A DNA stretch of 55,348 bases, filler included, from Porpidia crustulata (taxonomy: Eukaryota): NCBI GenBank assembly GCA_964255105.1. It is 5 parts of 5 records of this genome, joined end to end, with 100 filler letters (N's around TTAATTAATTAA, not from the genome) between each part and the next. Parts side by side here need not be neighbours in the genome. Positions count along the whole stretch, not along the records: positions 33,298 to 44,273 come from CAXUWE010000713.1; positions 44,374 to 55,348 come from CAXUWE010000714.1; 3 more parts are not named here. One strand, 5' to 3'. The position numbers and the translations under genes were made by a program. Positions within the stretch are counted from its first letter, which is position 1; every line of letters begins with the position of its first letter. Under the pieces are notes generated by a model. It was given only the letters and a program-made list of their open reading frames with translations, was not told the origin of the DNA and ran no database searches. Positions 34,090 through 47,295 of this stretch are shown here, piece by piece.

Positions 34090-35065
34090 TCAATGCCCAT
34101 GTATACTCAGCTCCTTCTCCGTCCACTTCGCTAGCTCCTCCTGCAACTCTTTACTCCTCGCATTCGCCGAACCCCCACTTTCCATTCCAACTGGCATATA
34201 GTAGCACCCGCTCTTCGCATCCTTGCTCGTCGCGCACCATAATTGATTCTTCGCCCCGTCCGGAACCGACGTCGACATATGCTTCTTGATGAACCGAATC
34301 GGGTACGCCAGCCACGGATGCGCCTTCATAAACTCATCCTGCAGGCCCGTGCTGACGCTGCCCGGATGCACGGATATGCACCGGATGTTTGGGTACCGCT
34401 CCGCCAGGTCCTTGGTGAACAAGATGTTGGCGAGTTTCGAGTGCCCATAGCGGGCCCAGGTACTATGCTCGGCCATGGACCCCTTGGCCTCCGCGAGGAC
34501 GAGGCCGCCGCTCGGCGTCCACCTGTGGCCTTCGGAGCTGAGGCTGATGATGCGGACGTCGGCGTTGGGCTCGGCGGCGGTTTTGCGCAGGGTGGGTAGG
34601 AGCTTGGATGTCAGGAGAGCGTGGCCGACGTGATTGGTACCGAATTGGACCTCGTAGCCGTCTTGGGTGGTGCTTGGGGGCATCGCCATCACGCCGGCGT
34701 TGTTTATGAGGATATCGAGGCGGGGAGAGGAGGCGGTGAAGGTGTCGGCGGCCTTTTTGACGGAGTCAAGAGAGGCGAGGTTGAGTTCCAGAAAGGTGAT
34801 GTCGGCGTTGGGAACTTGTTTTTTGATGGAGGCAATGGCGGCCTCGGCTTTGGAAGGAGTGCGGGCGGCGAGGTAAATCCGGCGTTGTGCTTGGCTAGTT
34901 GAAGGACGGTTTCGGCTCCGAGTCCATTATTCCCTGGAAAACCGTCAGATGCTTGTACGTATTCGAGACTTCCGCAATATTCGTACCTCCAGTGACGAGG
35001 ATAACTTTGCCTGACAAATCATGGATGTCTGTGTCACAGTTGAAGCTGGGACTGCTGCCGAACAT
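34090..35065 (-). pseudogene. Short-chain dehydrogenase/reductase (retinol dehydrogenase/WWOX-like) with a frameshift near 34882
   Basis: TGGNNGLG across an intron, LDILINNAGVM, QFGTNHVGH, YGHSKLAN and VHPG. The frame breaks between KHN and RIYLAAR. Confidence 0.8.
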
Positions 35066-35272
35066 CTTGAGGGTCACGAATCACAAAGTAAACAAGGGAT
35101 TGAATTGATAGTAATAGCCCAGGAGATGAGGGATGGTCTTGACACAAGGTAAAAATGGTTTAGACACATCAAAGAAGTAGAGGTTACATCGCTCAGGAGG
35201 TACATAGTCACATAGGCAGTCACGTAGGTAGTTAGCTACCAGATTAAGGTGGAGAGTCCCTACCTACTAGTA

Positions 35273-36181
35273 CGGATTCGGGAGCAGGGGATGGACCACG
35301 GGCCGTGGGCTACCTAAGCAGGAGGCAGGTGCCGCAGGATAAACCCGCGCTGATTTGACTACACATCTGCGTTCAACTTCACTAACACAACATCAGCAGT
35401 TATAAAAACTTCTTTAACTCCAGCACAACCACTAATGCTCAATGCTCTTAGCAAAGTAAATCATGTTCGGGGCTCTCGAGACAAAGCGTCAGGGCTACAG
35501 TAGCCCCTTCGAGCCCTACGCTCTGATCGCCCAAGGGACGCCAAAAACATCTTGTTTGAAATTTGCAGACTAGACACGAGAACAGCGGAACTCAGTGCTC
35601 TGAGTCAGTGAGACCTGAGTTACAGGCGGTCAGCACATCAAGGTCTGAGTCACTGGAAGATCTGGTGACTTGTGTAGTTGACAGGATATCATGCAAGCGG
35701 GAATAAGTGTTTTATGACTGTTTCTCTGAGAGTCTGAGCAAAGATTTATACTTCTTCCGAAAGAAAAGACATGACATTGTGTATCGGGAAATCTATTGTC
35801 GACAGATCATGTCCTCGATCCATGACTGACTACGTATTCATTTGAGTCTGCTGCTGATTCAGAGCGAAGCGTCTGAATCAATTTAGGATTGAATGGAGAG
35901 CGACATACAGAGAATCTCATCAATATTAAATTAGATACGCTGAATTACGTGAGATGATGCAGAAGGTCTGAAACGACATCTTCGAGGAGATTTCGTGAGG
36001 ATGAGTTAATGAGATGAAGGCTCAATGTCGGGCCGTGATTGATGCAGATGGGAAATATATCAAATATTGATTCGGTATTATCGTACTCTGTTAGTGAATT
36101 TTATAGCAATTTAAACAAGTCAAATCAGCAAGGTTTTATGCCCTGCTCATCCCTCTGTTTCATCCTCTGCTCCCGAGTCCG
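35273..36181 (+). mobile_element. Decayed, internally deleted Tc1/mariner-type DNA transposon (909 bp)
   Basis: TIRs CGGATTCGGGAGCAGGGGATG (35273-35293) and CATCCTCTGCTCCCGAGTCCG (36161-36181) match at 19/21. TA on both flanks. A stop-riddled transposase C-terminus YAELREMMQKV*NDI...EMKAQCRAVIDADGKYIKY* ends at 36070. Confidence 0.88.
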
Positions 36182-36622
36182 TACTCAAAAACAAACAGGG
36201 ACTCTACCATAATAGTCCCTGGACATCGGATAAAAGCCATGAAACAAGAAATGGATCTCGTCAAGTCCTGTGTGTCCGCATTTGCATCGAGACGAGAAGG
36301 TAGTCTCTCGTCTTACGCCCCAGAAGTCGCCATGTACCTTTCTCAGGACAGACTAAATCACACTTTTCCGAATAGGTATAGTAAGGTACGACGATTCTCT
36401 GTTAACCCGGATAAGCTTAGCTGTGACTCATCTTGCCTCTGATTGGCCGACACCCCGCCAGAGTCCATAATCGAGGTTCGCACTTTCTCGACCGTCTCTA
36501 CTTCTTCTGTTCTCCAACTTTCAAAATTTCGTTTCTCAGCCATCGACCTCAACTTTTCACTATCGCTCACTTCTAATCCTTCTATCCATACCCGTCCGAT
36601 TCACGTTCACTTGTTCCTCACC

Positions 36623-37315
36623 ATGGCCGACGATGCGCAGGTATGCAGGCCCGGTTCTTTACCATTTCCCCCGTTCCCTGCTACCCTAATCTGAAATGCA
36701 AATTGCACCCCCGTCACTAACTTCTACTACCTGTTGGCGCTTTATAGCATGAGCACACATTTGAGAGTGCCGATGCCGGCGCATCGACCACTTACCCGAT
36801 GCAATGCTCTGCCCTAAGAAAGAACGGATTCGTGGTCATCAAAAACCGCCCTTGCAAAATCGTTGAGATGAGTACTTCCAAAACTGGCAAGCACGGGCAT
36901 GCCAAAGTCCACCTTGTCGCAATCGACATCTTCACTCAAAAGAAGTTGGAAGATCTTTGCCCCTCCACCCACAACATGGATGTTCCTAATGTCACCCGCC
37001 GTGAATATCAGCTTGTTAGTGGTAGCGTTATCACAGGCTTCTATCGAATGCTGACAATTTTGTAGCTCGATGTTTCCGAGGACGGTTTCCTTTCCCTTAT
37101 GGCCGAAAACGGTGATACCAAGGACGATGTTAAGGTGCCCGATGGAGAAGTTGGCGACAAAATTGAGAAGCTTTTCCGCACCGATGAAAAGGATACTAGT
37201 AAGTTTGGAACCGCAAATTTCTGCTACTGATGGACTAATTCCTGAAGATGTCATTGTCCTTACTTCTATGGGTGAGGAGGTCGCCATTGAGGCCAAAGAA
37301 GCTCCAAAGGCCTGA
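36623..37315 (+). CDS. HYP2: Translation factor eIF5A, 4 exons
   Basis: Hypusine motif [12 protein letters not shown], plus [13 protein letters not shown] and [10 protein letters not shown]; three GT-AG introns. Confidence 0.98.
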
Positions 37316-37984
37316 ACACCTCGTCAAACTTACCGAAGGCCTTCGGTTCATACGTAGGAAATCTGGACTGAAAGCCTACAGTGATGGCTTGGGACCATCG
37401 AAGTATTTTGGGTCTCTATGCATAGCTGGTGCCTCGATCAATTTGCTGGACATCTCGGTGGACTTGCGCTCAGGACAACATGACTTGGTTTTCCGCCTAT
37501 ATGTTCTGACATGTCATTTGATCATCCTGAACAAGGCAGCATCTGTGGAATGGATATTGCCCGGGGTTATTGGTGATCCCAATGGGATCAAAGTAGAAAA
37601 GAAATAACATTACCTATTTTCACCACTACTGGGGTACATTATCATACAATTCCAATATGCATGACAATCGAATTCTAGCACAGATATTCTTTTAGAACGA
37701 TAAGCTGGCTCAAGAATTTTAATTAACCACGAAGTGGTTAATGAGGCTTTAGAGATATCCCATGCCCTAAATAAGATCACGTGAATTCGTACTTTCCGCA
37801 ACGTGATTTACCTTTTTTGAGCTTTCTCGACTGAGTTACAGGCGCACCGTGGCAACTTACCTCAATGCGTAAGCCGCGCGGAACGCCTTAGCCGACAGCC
37901 GTCTTCCATGGAGGTAGCTGCCTCGCAGATTGGGGTTGACTTGAAGCCAATTGCACGCTTATCAAAGCTCGAGGCTCCCTCAAT

Positions 37985-40248
37985 ATGTGGCTTGATCGTC
38001 TCTCAGGGCATTCCACTCCATCTTCGGGATCGCCCCCTCCGCCTCAGAATAGATCTCATTCACCTGGCCCACGACGCCCTAATTTCCTCGCGCCTGAGCA
38101 TAGACGACCTAGCTTTACTCCGAGGTCGTCCTCACTAAACCCTGGACCGCGATCGACTCAGACACCAGCTTCACTCCATTCTCCTCGTCTACCGAGTGGC
38201 TCGAATCTAAAGCAGCAGGTACCTTCTCCAGCGAATGCTGTCGATCCTCTCAATGTTCTTGAGGACATAATTGGGAGGCCAATTCAGAAAGAGGCCGTCA
38301 AAAATGAGTTAAAAGATAGCAAAGCAGAGTTGGAAAGACTGACTCAGGTCGTAGAAGAGGTTGATTTCAATGGATTGAGCCTGCACGCTTTCATTGAGGC
38401 TACGGATCGCAAGGCTGTGGACGAAGAGTCCAAGGGTCAGCATATCAGTGCTAGGACGATTAAGGAATGTGAGTACGTATATCCTCTTGTCAGGTCAATT
38501 GATGCTATACTAAGTCATTTTTCTCAGATGAGGAGGAGAAGAACAAGTTTGAAGATCTACATCAATCCATACTAGTATGGAAAACCGCATTTCCAAATGG
38601 TTTTGTTAAAATTTGTTGACTTTTCACAAGGCATGCGATGATGTTCTGAAGTCGGTGGAAGTCTCTTTGACAAGTTTTCAAAGAGACCTGGGCGCTGTCT
38701 CCGCCGAGATTGACCATCTTCAATCTCGCTCGGCGGCACTGAATACCAAATTAGAAAACCGAAAGGTGGTTGAGAGACTTTTAGGACCGGCAGTAGAGGA
38801 GATATCAATTGGTCCTGCTGTGGTGAGAAACCTTTCAGAGGGTCCAATCGACTTGACCTGGACCAAGGCGCTCGAAGAATTGGAGAAAAGATACAAGGTC
38901 GTCGAGGAAAAGATGAAAGAGCCCAATGCTATTCTCGCCGTTTCAGACGTAAAGCCTCTCTTGAGCGACTTGTTGAACAAGGTAGGATAAATGAGTATTT
39001 AGTGTCTAGAGAATCAATGCTGATGCTTTCCAAGGTCATTGAACGGATTCGTGATTTCTTTGTGTCTCAGATCAAGAGCCTGCGGTCATCAAGCATAAAT
39101 GCGCAAATTGTCCAGCAGCAGAGCTTGCTCAAATATAAGGAGCTATACTCTTTTCTCGTCAGGCACCATCACCAGCTTGCAAACGAATTAGGTCAGGCTT
39201 ATATTAACACTATGCGCTGGTACTACTTAAGCCATTTCACACGCTATCGACAGGCTCTAGAAAAGATGCCTTTGGTTGTAGTCGATAGAACTGAAGCGCT
39301 AGGAGCGGACTCTACGAATCAAAGAGGTATATCCCTCGCTCTTTGATGTAGTTTCCATTGGCCAGTCGCTGACTTCAATAAGGCAACCTCATCCCAGCTA
39401 CAAAAACATCGCATATTTCTCACGATGCTATCCTCCTCGGCCGCCGTATAGACATTATGCAGCGACCGAACTCTTCTGCTCTGAGTTCTCACTTGGCTGA
39501 AGAATCAAAGACGGCCAACCATGTAGAAACGCCATTCTATCATTTCAATCTTGCTCTCATCGATAATGCATCTGCGGAGTATTCCTTTCTCACGACTTTC
39601 TTTTCCACTTATTCATTTCACCAAGTCTCTCGTCAGTTTGCCACGATTTTCGACCCCACATTTTCGCTTGGGCAGTCACTCACGAAACAGCTTGTTGATA
39701 ACTCATATGACTGTCTGGGGATTCTCATATGCGTCCGGTTGAACCAGGGCTTTGCTTTTGAGCTTCAGCGTCGCAAGATTCCAGTTGTAGATGGCTACAT
39801 AAATGTCACGAACATGTTATTATGGCCCCGCTTCCAGCTTGCGATGGACAACCACTGCGCGTCGGTACGACATGCCGCATCCGCGCTCTCTGGCCGGAGC
39901 ACTACCTCGGCGCTATCGTTGACCAGCGGCACTGACGCTGCCGCGAAACAGTCAACTGCGCCGCACGTCCTTACGCAGCGATTCGGGCAATTCCTACAAG
40001 GCATCCTAGCTCTCAGCAGCGACGCCGGAGATGAAGAACCTGTTGGCAACAGCTTAAGTCGGCTTGCGGCTGAGATGGAAGCCTTAATGATCAAGATCAC
40101 GAAGGGTCTTGGCGTTGGGGGTAAACGAGAAAGATTTCTGGCGAATAACTACTCTTTGTTACTCACTATCATCGGCGACACAGGAGGAAGATTGGCCGAT
40201 GAGCAGAGAGAGCATTTTGCGAGCTTAAAAGAAGCTACAGGAAATTGA
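37985..40248 (+). CDS. VPS52: GARP complex subunit Vps52/Sac2, multi-exon
   Basis: MWLDRLSGHST, CDDVLKSVE..LTSFQRDLGAVSAEI, AYINTMRWYY, LIDNASAEYSF and MLLWPRFQ. Confidence 0.92.
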
Positions 40249-41361
40249 CCTTGATTGAAAGCCATATTGACATTATGCGTATCAATTAGGCAGCTGTCCT
40301 GCTCCGTTTTGCCTCTGGTTCAATTTATTTCCATGTCACTCGCATCTGATGTTCGTCTACCTCACACACGTCTCAATACATGATTCCGGTCATGGTTCCT
40401 TATCTCTAGGCTTTATTTCCTCACCGCTCCTCCTCACGAAGGTAGAAGGGCATTGAATGGGAGAAGGTGGACAGAACGGCAGAGTCAAGCGCGGTAAGGC
40501 AGGCAATTGCAATTGGCCCGATCCAGCAAGGAATCGGATCCTTCTGTGCAGTCACTGTCACACGCACTGCAGGACATCAGCTTAATGCTGCCGTACTTAC
40601 CGTGCCATGGTGAGCCAATCAGTCCTTCACACGCACCATACCGCGCGGCAAGTTTCCCACCTCACTATCGCACCATCTACTTGGCACTCCATCATCGTCG
40701 ATTTGTATAGATACAACAGCTGATCAAAGATTAGTATCAGGAATTGCCTCATCGTACCTTCGACTTCCCAAGCCCGTTTATCCTCCTGTGCTTCAGGCTC
40801 TGTTTCGGCAAGAGAGCTTTACATTCTGTGACCGTACCTGAGATTCTGAATGTTAGTCTTACATTACCTGCCTAGGTTCTTTACCTACCTTACCTTACCT
40901 TAGCTTCGAGTATCGTTCCCTTTCTGGGAGGCGCCCGCGTAAGTCACACGCGCCGCCGCAACATCCCTATTGATTCCGAGAGCGCTCGACCTATCATCGA
41001 GTCAACCCCTCCAAATCAGTCCGGCGCGCCCCGCACTTAGTCAACCATAAGCCGAAGGGCTGTGGAGTACAGAACACCTATCTTACCATCGTGCCATCCA
41101 CGCCATCTTACCATAAGGTACCTTACCTATTCCGTATTGCTTACCTATTTTACCTAATCTATGAATAATGTATAAACGAATGAATGAATACCTCATCTTT
41201 CATATTTCAATGTGATTGTCCATTTTTCAAGCACCAGGTGCAGTGAATAATCCACCTACCTCGTACATGTGACCATTGTGTTGTTTAGAAATCAGCACAA
41301 TCAACTCTACAACCTCATCCTGACAATTATCCATCATTGACCGTAGAGCGCAACCATCCCC

Positions 41362-43016
41362 ATGGCTAATCCTGCTCATCAAGCTCCGATTGAAGCTGAT
41401 GTTGACGTAAGCGCTATTCCTCTCCGTCACGTGTACAGTATGTAGCTGACTCTGACACCGAAGCTCTACGACCCAGATGGATCGGACTCGACCTTGGGTG
41501 ATGACGTGTAAAAATCTCCCGAAAATCTCACGGAGGTTCCTGCTGAGTTGATTTGGATGGGAATAGATCAAAGTACACCGCCTCCTTGACGAGTAGTATC
41601 GAGAAATACCCAATCGAGAATGGACGCCGGTAAAGACACTGAGATACTAAGTGCGCTCCTGATCCATTGACTAATTTGATTAAACAGATATCATGCGTGA
41701 GTATCCTAGACTACACCTAATCATGAGAGAGAGTGAAGACTTAATCAGGGTGGGCTCGCAGTTACAAGGATGGAGGTATATAGAAAAATACTCCGCACAG
41801 AGAATCTCAACTTATGCGCACTGTTCTTTCAGGCTATGTTATGCCAAACGACGAGGTAAAAGGCAGTCGGTCGTGTTCTTGCTGAAGAATATCTGAACTT
41901 GCTTGCAGCAAGAACAAGATCGGCTCGACTTGACACATCAAATATTCCGCATTCTTCTTGATAATAAGCTGCATCTGGCTCCTATCGGAGAGAAACCGGG
42001 TAAAATCCTAGACGTTGGGACAGGAACGGGAATATGGGCAATAGAAATGGGTAATCTTCCCATCATGATGACAAAATTCGCCAGATTGATTAGGTGGTAG
42101 GGGACGATTATCCTTCAGCAGAAATCATCGGCACAGATCTAAGCGCTACACAGCCTACCTGGTCAGTGTGGAGAGAAGCGTCATGGTAAGTGCAAGACTG
42201 ATGGGACGCCAGGGTACCTCCTAATGTCAAGTTCGAGATTGACGATTGCGAAGAGCCGTGGACATTCCGCCAGAAGTTCGACTACATTCACTGCCGATAC
42301 CTAGCAGCCGCTATTAAAGACTGGCCAGGACTGGTCCGGCAAGTATACACAAACACAAAGCCTGGTGGATGGGCCGAGTTTCAAGACTATGATCTAGATT
42401 ACTATTCCGAGGATGGCAGCTTCAAAGAGGGACAGCCTATTTATCAATGGGCGACTACTTTGCTGCAAGCAAGCCGAGGTGAGGTTCACAATTTTCCTTG
42501 GACTCGAGCCATTTCATAGCTATTGATTGACAAGATGCTAGATTTTGGCCGTGATCCAGCCCCAGGACCGCATTTGGAGGGTTGGGTAAAAGATGCCGGG
42601 TTCCAAAATGTTGTATCACATCGATACAAGATCCCAATCGGTCCCTGGCCAAAAGATCCGCACTTGGTAGGTCTTGGCCCTGCTCGCCATTCAAAAACCT
42701 GAGAATGCTGTATTTCATGCAACGACGCTAATGTACATCCAGAAAACCTTAGGAGCCTGGAACCTGGTGCAGGTTGAGGATGGACTGGAAGCTTTCACCT
42801 TTCGTTTATTCACTCAACTACTTGGTTGGAAAACCGAGGAGGTCCAAGTACTGCTCGCAAATGTTCGCAAAGATCTTCGTGATCCCAGGATTCATGTCCA
42901 GTTCGAGTTGTAAGTCTCTCGGCACAGTCCCTAGAATGTCCGATTATTAACAAGACCGCCACCTCAGCTACGTTACCTACGGCCAGAAGCCTGCAGCCCC
43001 TAGTCACGAAGAATGA
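41362..43016 (+). CDS. Class I SAM-dependent methyltransferase (LaeA-like/TAM family), 12 exons
   Basis: Spliced [67 protein letters not shown] and YVTYGQKP. Confidence 0.92.
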
Positions 43017-44047
43017 TCTTACCCACGGCAATCGAGTAACGACTTACGGCGGTACAAACACTGGCAATAAATATTCTCATACATTCTGCTGCTAGTGAGA
43101 GGGAGCCTTCTTTGCTTGTTAGAATCGGCGAGGAATTATGGGTCACTTGAGGTTAACGATAAACGCTTTGACGATGGCAATGATGCGCTCTCAGCAGTTG
43201 GTTGACTTAGACTTTCTGTATGTAACTGATATTCAAACGCTTGATCCGACATAATGTGGCTGTCTTTCGCTTGTTCCTCTTGGCTATTGAAGTCCTGGTC
43301 GTCTTCACTTTATGTCCTAGTATGCCTATTTGTTCTTGTAGCTATCTTCCCCCACAGCTCCTTTTTATCACCCTTCAACAGTACCAGACAGAGACATAAA
43401 CCAGCACCAGCTCTCCTCATCAATTTTCTTACTCGGATCGATTGATCTTTGCGTCTGAGCCGGTCACTCATTTCGAAAAATAGGGCAGACGTCTCCTTAT
43501 AATGTCCTACTATTTTTTCTTCCACTAATTGGGTATAAGATACAAAACGAATATGAAATGTTGTGGCAAAGTATCGTTGATACCGGCATTTGAAAGGGTC
43601 TGAGTCACTTCACACTGCCATAGTAGCATGATAATTTTTTCCTTGTGGACTTGTAGCCGCAAGAAGTCAGACCGTAGTTCAGAGGACTGATGATGTTGTT
43701 TCAGGCTGCTAGGAAGATATTCGTCGGTATCTAGAGATGTCTTTTTGGAGATTTCTTTAAATAATATTGAGAGAGGGGGAATTAGCACGTGATACTGTAT
43801 TATTATGTAAGCGAGATATCTGATAAATCGACACAGTCGTCCCTGAAGCTCTGTCTTGTTATAAATACAGCCGCTACCTAGAAGTAGACGCTTCAAGTTC
43901 GAAAGCTTAGGTCGCTCAGTGGTCTGTTCCTGGGCTTGCACCTTTCACTACTCGCCAGATGCGAACAGAATAGATCTCTTCTCTCATGACCGACCCTTGA
44001 GCATTTCGCACCATTTCGGCTTATTGATTTGACCATTTTTCCCAACA

Positions 44048-44273
44048 ATGGCCAACAGAGGCTACGATGTGGTGGTGGACGTCGACGCAGAGGTATATCC
44101 TCCATATTCTCAATTTCCTTCAACTCCACTAAACCTTACCTTTCCAGGGCGACCTTGGTCATACCGACCTTCAAGAAGATCTCGAATTCCACTCTTCAAG
44201 TATGCGCCTCCCTCTCTTCCTCCATTCCCTACGATTTATTCATCTGACTGAACCACCCAGATTTCTCCGACCC
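44048..44273 (+). CDS. Yip1-domain family protein, 5' fragment truncated by the contig end
   Basis: Spliced N-terminus MANRGYDVVVDVDAE|GDLGHTDLQEDLEFHSS matches my recollection of filamentous-fungal Yip1-domain proteins. The domain itself is not in the window. Confidence 0.6.
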
Positions 44274-44373
44274 NNNNNNNNNNNNNNNNNNNNNNNNNNN
44301 NNNNNNNNNNNNNNNNNTTAATTAATTAANNNNNNNNNNNNNNNNNNNNNNNNNNNNNNNNNNNNNNNNNNNN
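44274..44373. other. Artificial contig linker N44-TTAATTAATTAA-N44
   Basis: Same 100-nt spacer. Confidence 0.97.
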
Positions 44374-47295
44374 CACGTCTCCCTTGGCGAAGCTCAGCTC
44401 CTCGGGGATGGCGGCGCGGTACATGTACAAGGCCCTCGCTGTTTGCCCGGGGGGGTTAGTTATGTTTACCATCACAGAAACCCGAGGGGGGCAACGCTAG
44501 AAAAATTTCAAAACTTACCAAACTGCAGGATAGGACGTCCGTCTTGAGTGAACTGGCGGTCGCCAGCGGCGCTCTTGCTCCTCGCCCCCGCGTTGCCTCT
44601 CCCGACATCCATCCCTACCGGTGCTGCCTGCTGTCCGCTGTAATAAGTCATCGGTCTCGCCGCGGTGTTCGACCTGGCCCGTGGCGCCAAGTTCCGATCC
44701 GCAAGCTGCAGAGCGCCGCTGCTGCTACTCGGTCGCTCTTGCCTTGCATATTGCGGTTGCGGGGACACGCTGCGCTGGATATCGTTGGGAGAATTGTGGC
44801 GGGAGTAGCGATTCGGTGGGTTGTTGTTTTGACTATTGGCGTAGCTGTGTTTTGCAGGGCTAGCGCTGGGGGTCTGACGCGGCTGGGGAGCTGTTGCGTG
44901 GGGATTTGGGCTTGCTGAGCGGGCGTAGGATCCTTGGGGGTGAGCTTGCGCCTGCGGTGCGTTATAGCCTGGGCGAGGGGAAACACTCCGCATCGGGAGA
45001 GGTGAAGTGGCTCGAGGTACGTCGGAAGTGCTGCCCCGGGTTCCTGGACGGGAAGAGCCGTACATGTCTTGGGTTTGGCCGGTATATTTACGGGTGGTCT
45101 GTTGCATCTGCTTCGAGGTGAAGGCTGGTTGGGGAAGATCGAGACGCTTCATGGGTTGAGGGTTATGGTACGACGGCGGTGGAGTACCGCGTTGAGCAGC
45201 CGCCTCATCGTTCTGCTGGACTGTCGGTGCTGCCATACTGGGGGCAGGAGTTGCAATACCGTGATAACGATCAGCTGAAACTCGGGTGGATGATTGCTTG
45301 GTGATGCCCTTTAGATCAGCAAGCGCTTGAGCGATTGGATCAAGTTCCTTCGTTGGCGAATTCATCGAGCTGCCACCATGCTGACGACGGGAATCTGGGG
45401 ATGCAACATCAAAGACATTGTTGCCAACGTTGAGCTGAAAGTTCGCACGCGGATCCACAGGCTCTGGACTTGCCGAGTGGCCGCTTTGGAAATCCAATAA
45501 CTGATTCCCTTGACCGTATGACCGAGTGGGACTTGCGCCATTCCGGTCATTGGACGAACCGTAGACGTTGCGTCCGCTTGGTGGAGCCAGTACTGGGTTT
45601 TCCTTCTCGTGCTTACTCTTTCTCCGGAAGGGACTGTTGCTAAAGAAGCCACTTCGCTTTTTCTGAACCGATTTGTTCGGACTCCCTGCAGATACCATCT
45701 GTCCGCCGCCGTACTTTGTAGGGGATTGGTGCCCACTAGCTGGTTCTTGGCTTGAGAAAGACGTAGGATTGGAATACTCGCTCTGTGAATCCCTACTTCC
45801 CGGTCTCATCGGACTTGCAGCAGAGCTACGTTCAGAAGGAGGAGCGGTACGGCAGAACATTGTCATACCATTCGTAGGATACTCATTATGCGGTACCGTT
45901 GGCAGATCATCTAGCTTGGCCTGGCGTAGATCGTCAATCTTGTGCTGGAAAGGTGCCTGGGTCTGAGAGTTTCTCCGATAATCTATGATCGGAGGAGGCT
46001 GCTGCATCGCTTTCTGTGGAGTCATGGTCGTTTCACGACTGGGCGGGGTGTTTGTTTCCAAATGCCCCATTTGCCTAGCTAATTCTGATCGAGGATCATG
46101 ATGCGATTCGAGAACCGATGGCTGAGGGGATGAGCTTCGAAACGCAGGGTTGATGGTACGTTGAAATTGGGCCACCGAATAGTTCTCGTCTTCGGAGGCT
46201 TCTGACGCAGTGTCATTGACATCCCCGCGGCAGAAGTTGATGTACTTTGGAGGATCAGGGATCTCTTGGCCGGTTCCTTTCTCTTGGATGAAGTTGGCAA
46301 TATCCTTTTCAACCTCGCAGCTCTCGAGGGCCAGTCGGATTTTCTCACATGACGCGTCATCACTGACACAAACCGTGGATGCGACGTTGGCAAAGGTCCA
46401 TAGGCTACTCTTGGTAAAGTCCAGTCTCTCTTCTTCTAGGTCTTGAAATTTCTTTTCTCCTTGTCAGCCAAAATCTTTCAGGTACACAGAACGCCCTACA
46501 TCACAAGCTGCCTTCCAATCTCGATTCCACCGACCAGTCGTTTCTTCCAAGGCCTTCACTACTGCCTCGTACTCATTGCTCGTTGAAGCCAATTGAATCT
46601 GAGTCTTTTCCATCTTGGCTTTATTCTTGCGCTCTTCTTGACCCATGACCATATGTCCTTGCGCAAGGTAGCCTTTAATTTTCAAACAATCCTGTTCATA
46701 CCTATCTCGAGCCTAGGAGAAAGTCAGCCGTCATTCGCCTCCTAATACCTCCATGTAATACCTTGTTGACCGCGTTTGTCTGCTGTTGCTTGATTTTGAA
46801 CAACTTCTCAATCCCGCCCTGCACTATTTTCCTTCGCTCTTTCATCCCCCCAGCAAATGCAGCCAAGGGTTCTTCTAATTCGCTCTTCATTTGTCCCGCG
46901 ATTGCTTGATGCGATTTTCCCATTGCTTCGACTTCTCCCCGCATCACGTCGAGCGACGCTCGCAAGCTGCCTGCTTCTGATGACCCCAGAGGTTTGCGAC
47001 ATAATGCGTTTAGCTTTCGAGCATATTCGTCTTCTATCGAGGCACGAGCTAAAGGAGCGTTAGTAGATTGGTTTCTGAAGCACTAAAATGGGAATCCTGA
47101 CTGTTGTAAAAATTCTTCAACTCATCGCAAGTGACCTTTGCGTTCTGCATGCGCTCGAGCAGCGGCTGTACACCAGCATCTTCTTTGCCCCAGAAGTTGT
47201 TTGCAACTTGCTCAGTCAGCCAAATAGCACCAATTTGCGATAAGCTACTCACAGGACATCGTGACAGTCGGTCCTTCCGCAACGGTTCCAGGCAT
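44374..47295 (-). CDS. F-BAR/SH3 cytokinesis protein (Cdc15/Imp2/Hof1 family), 3' end truncated within SH3
   Basis: ANNFWGKEDAGVQPLLERM, RASIEDEY, FQDLEEERLDF and KGTGQEIPDPP, then a long Ser/Pro linker. SH3 start ARALYMYRAAIPEELSFAKGDV lies at the contig edge. Confidence 0.92.

Noticed and set aside
36197..36222. Inverted repeat CAGGGACT...AGTCCCTG just right of the transposon
   Set aside because: A single 8-bp stem with no other support; compatible with chance.
43254..43941. Minus-strand ORFs 43525-43941 and 43310-43525 as a gene
   Set aside because: No recognisable motif or splice pattern and a non-ATG start for the longer one; it could be a decayed gene but I cannot support it.
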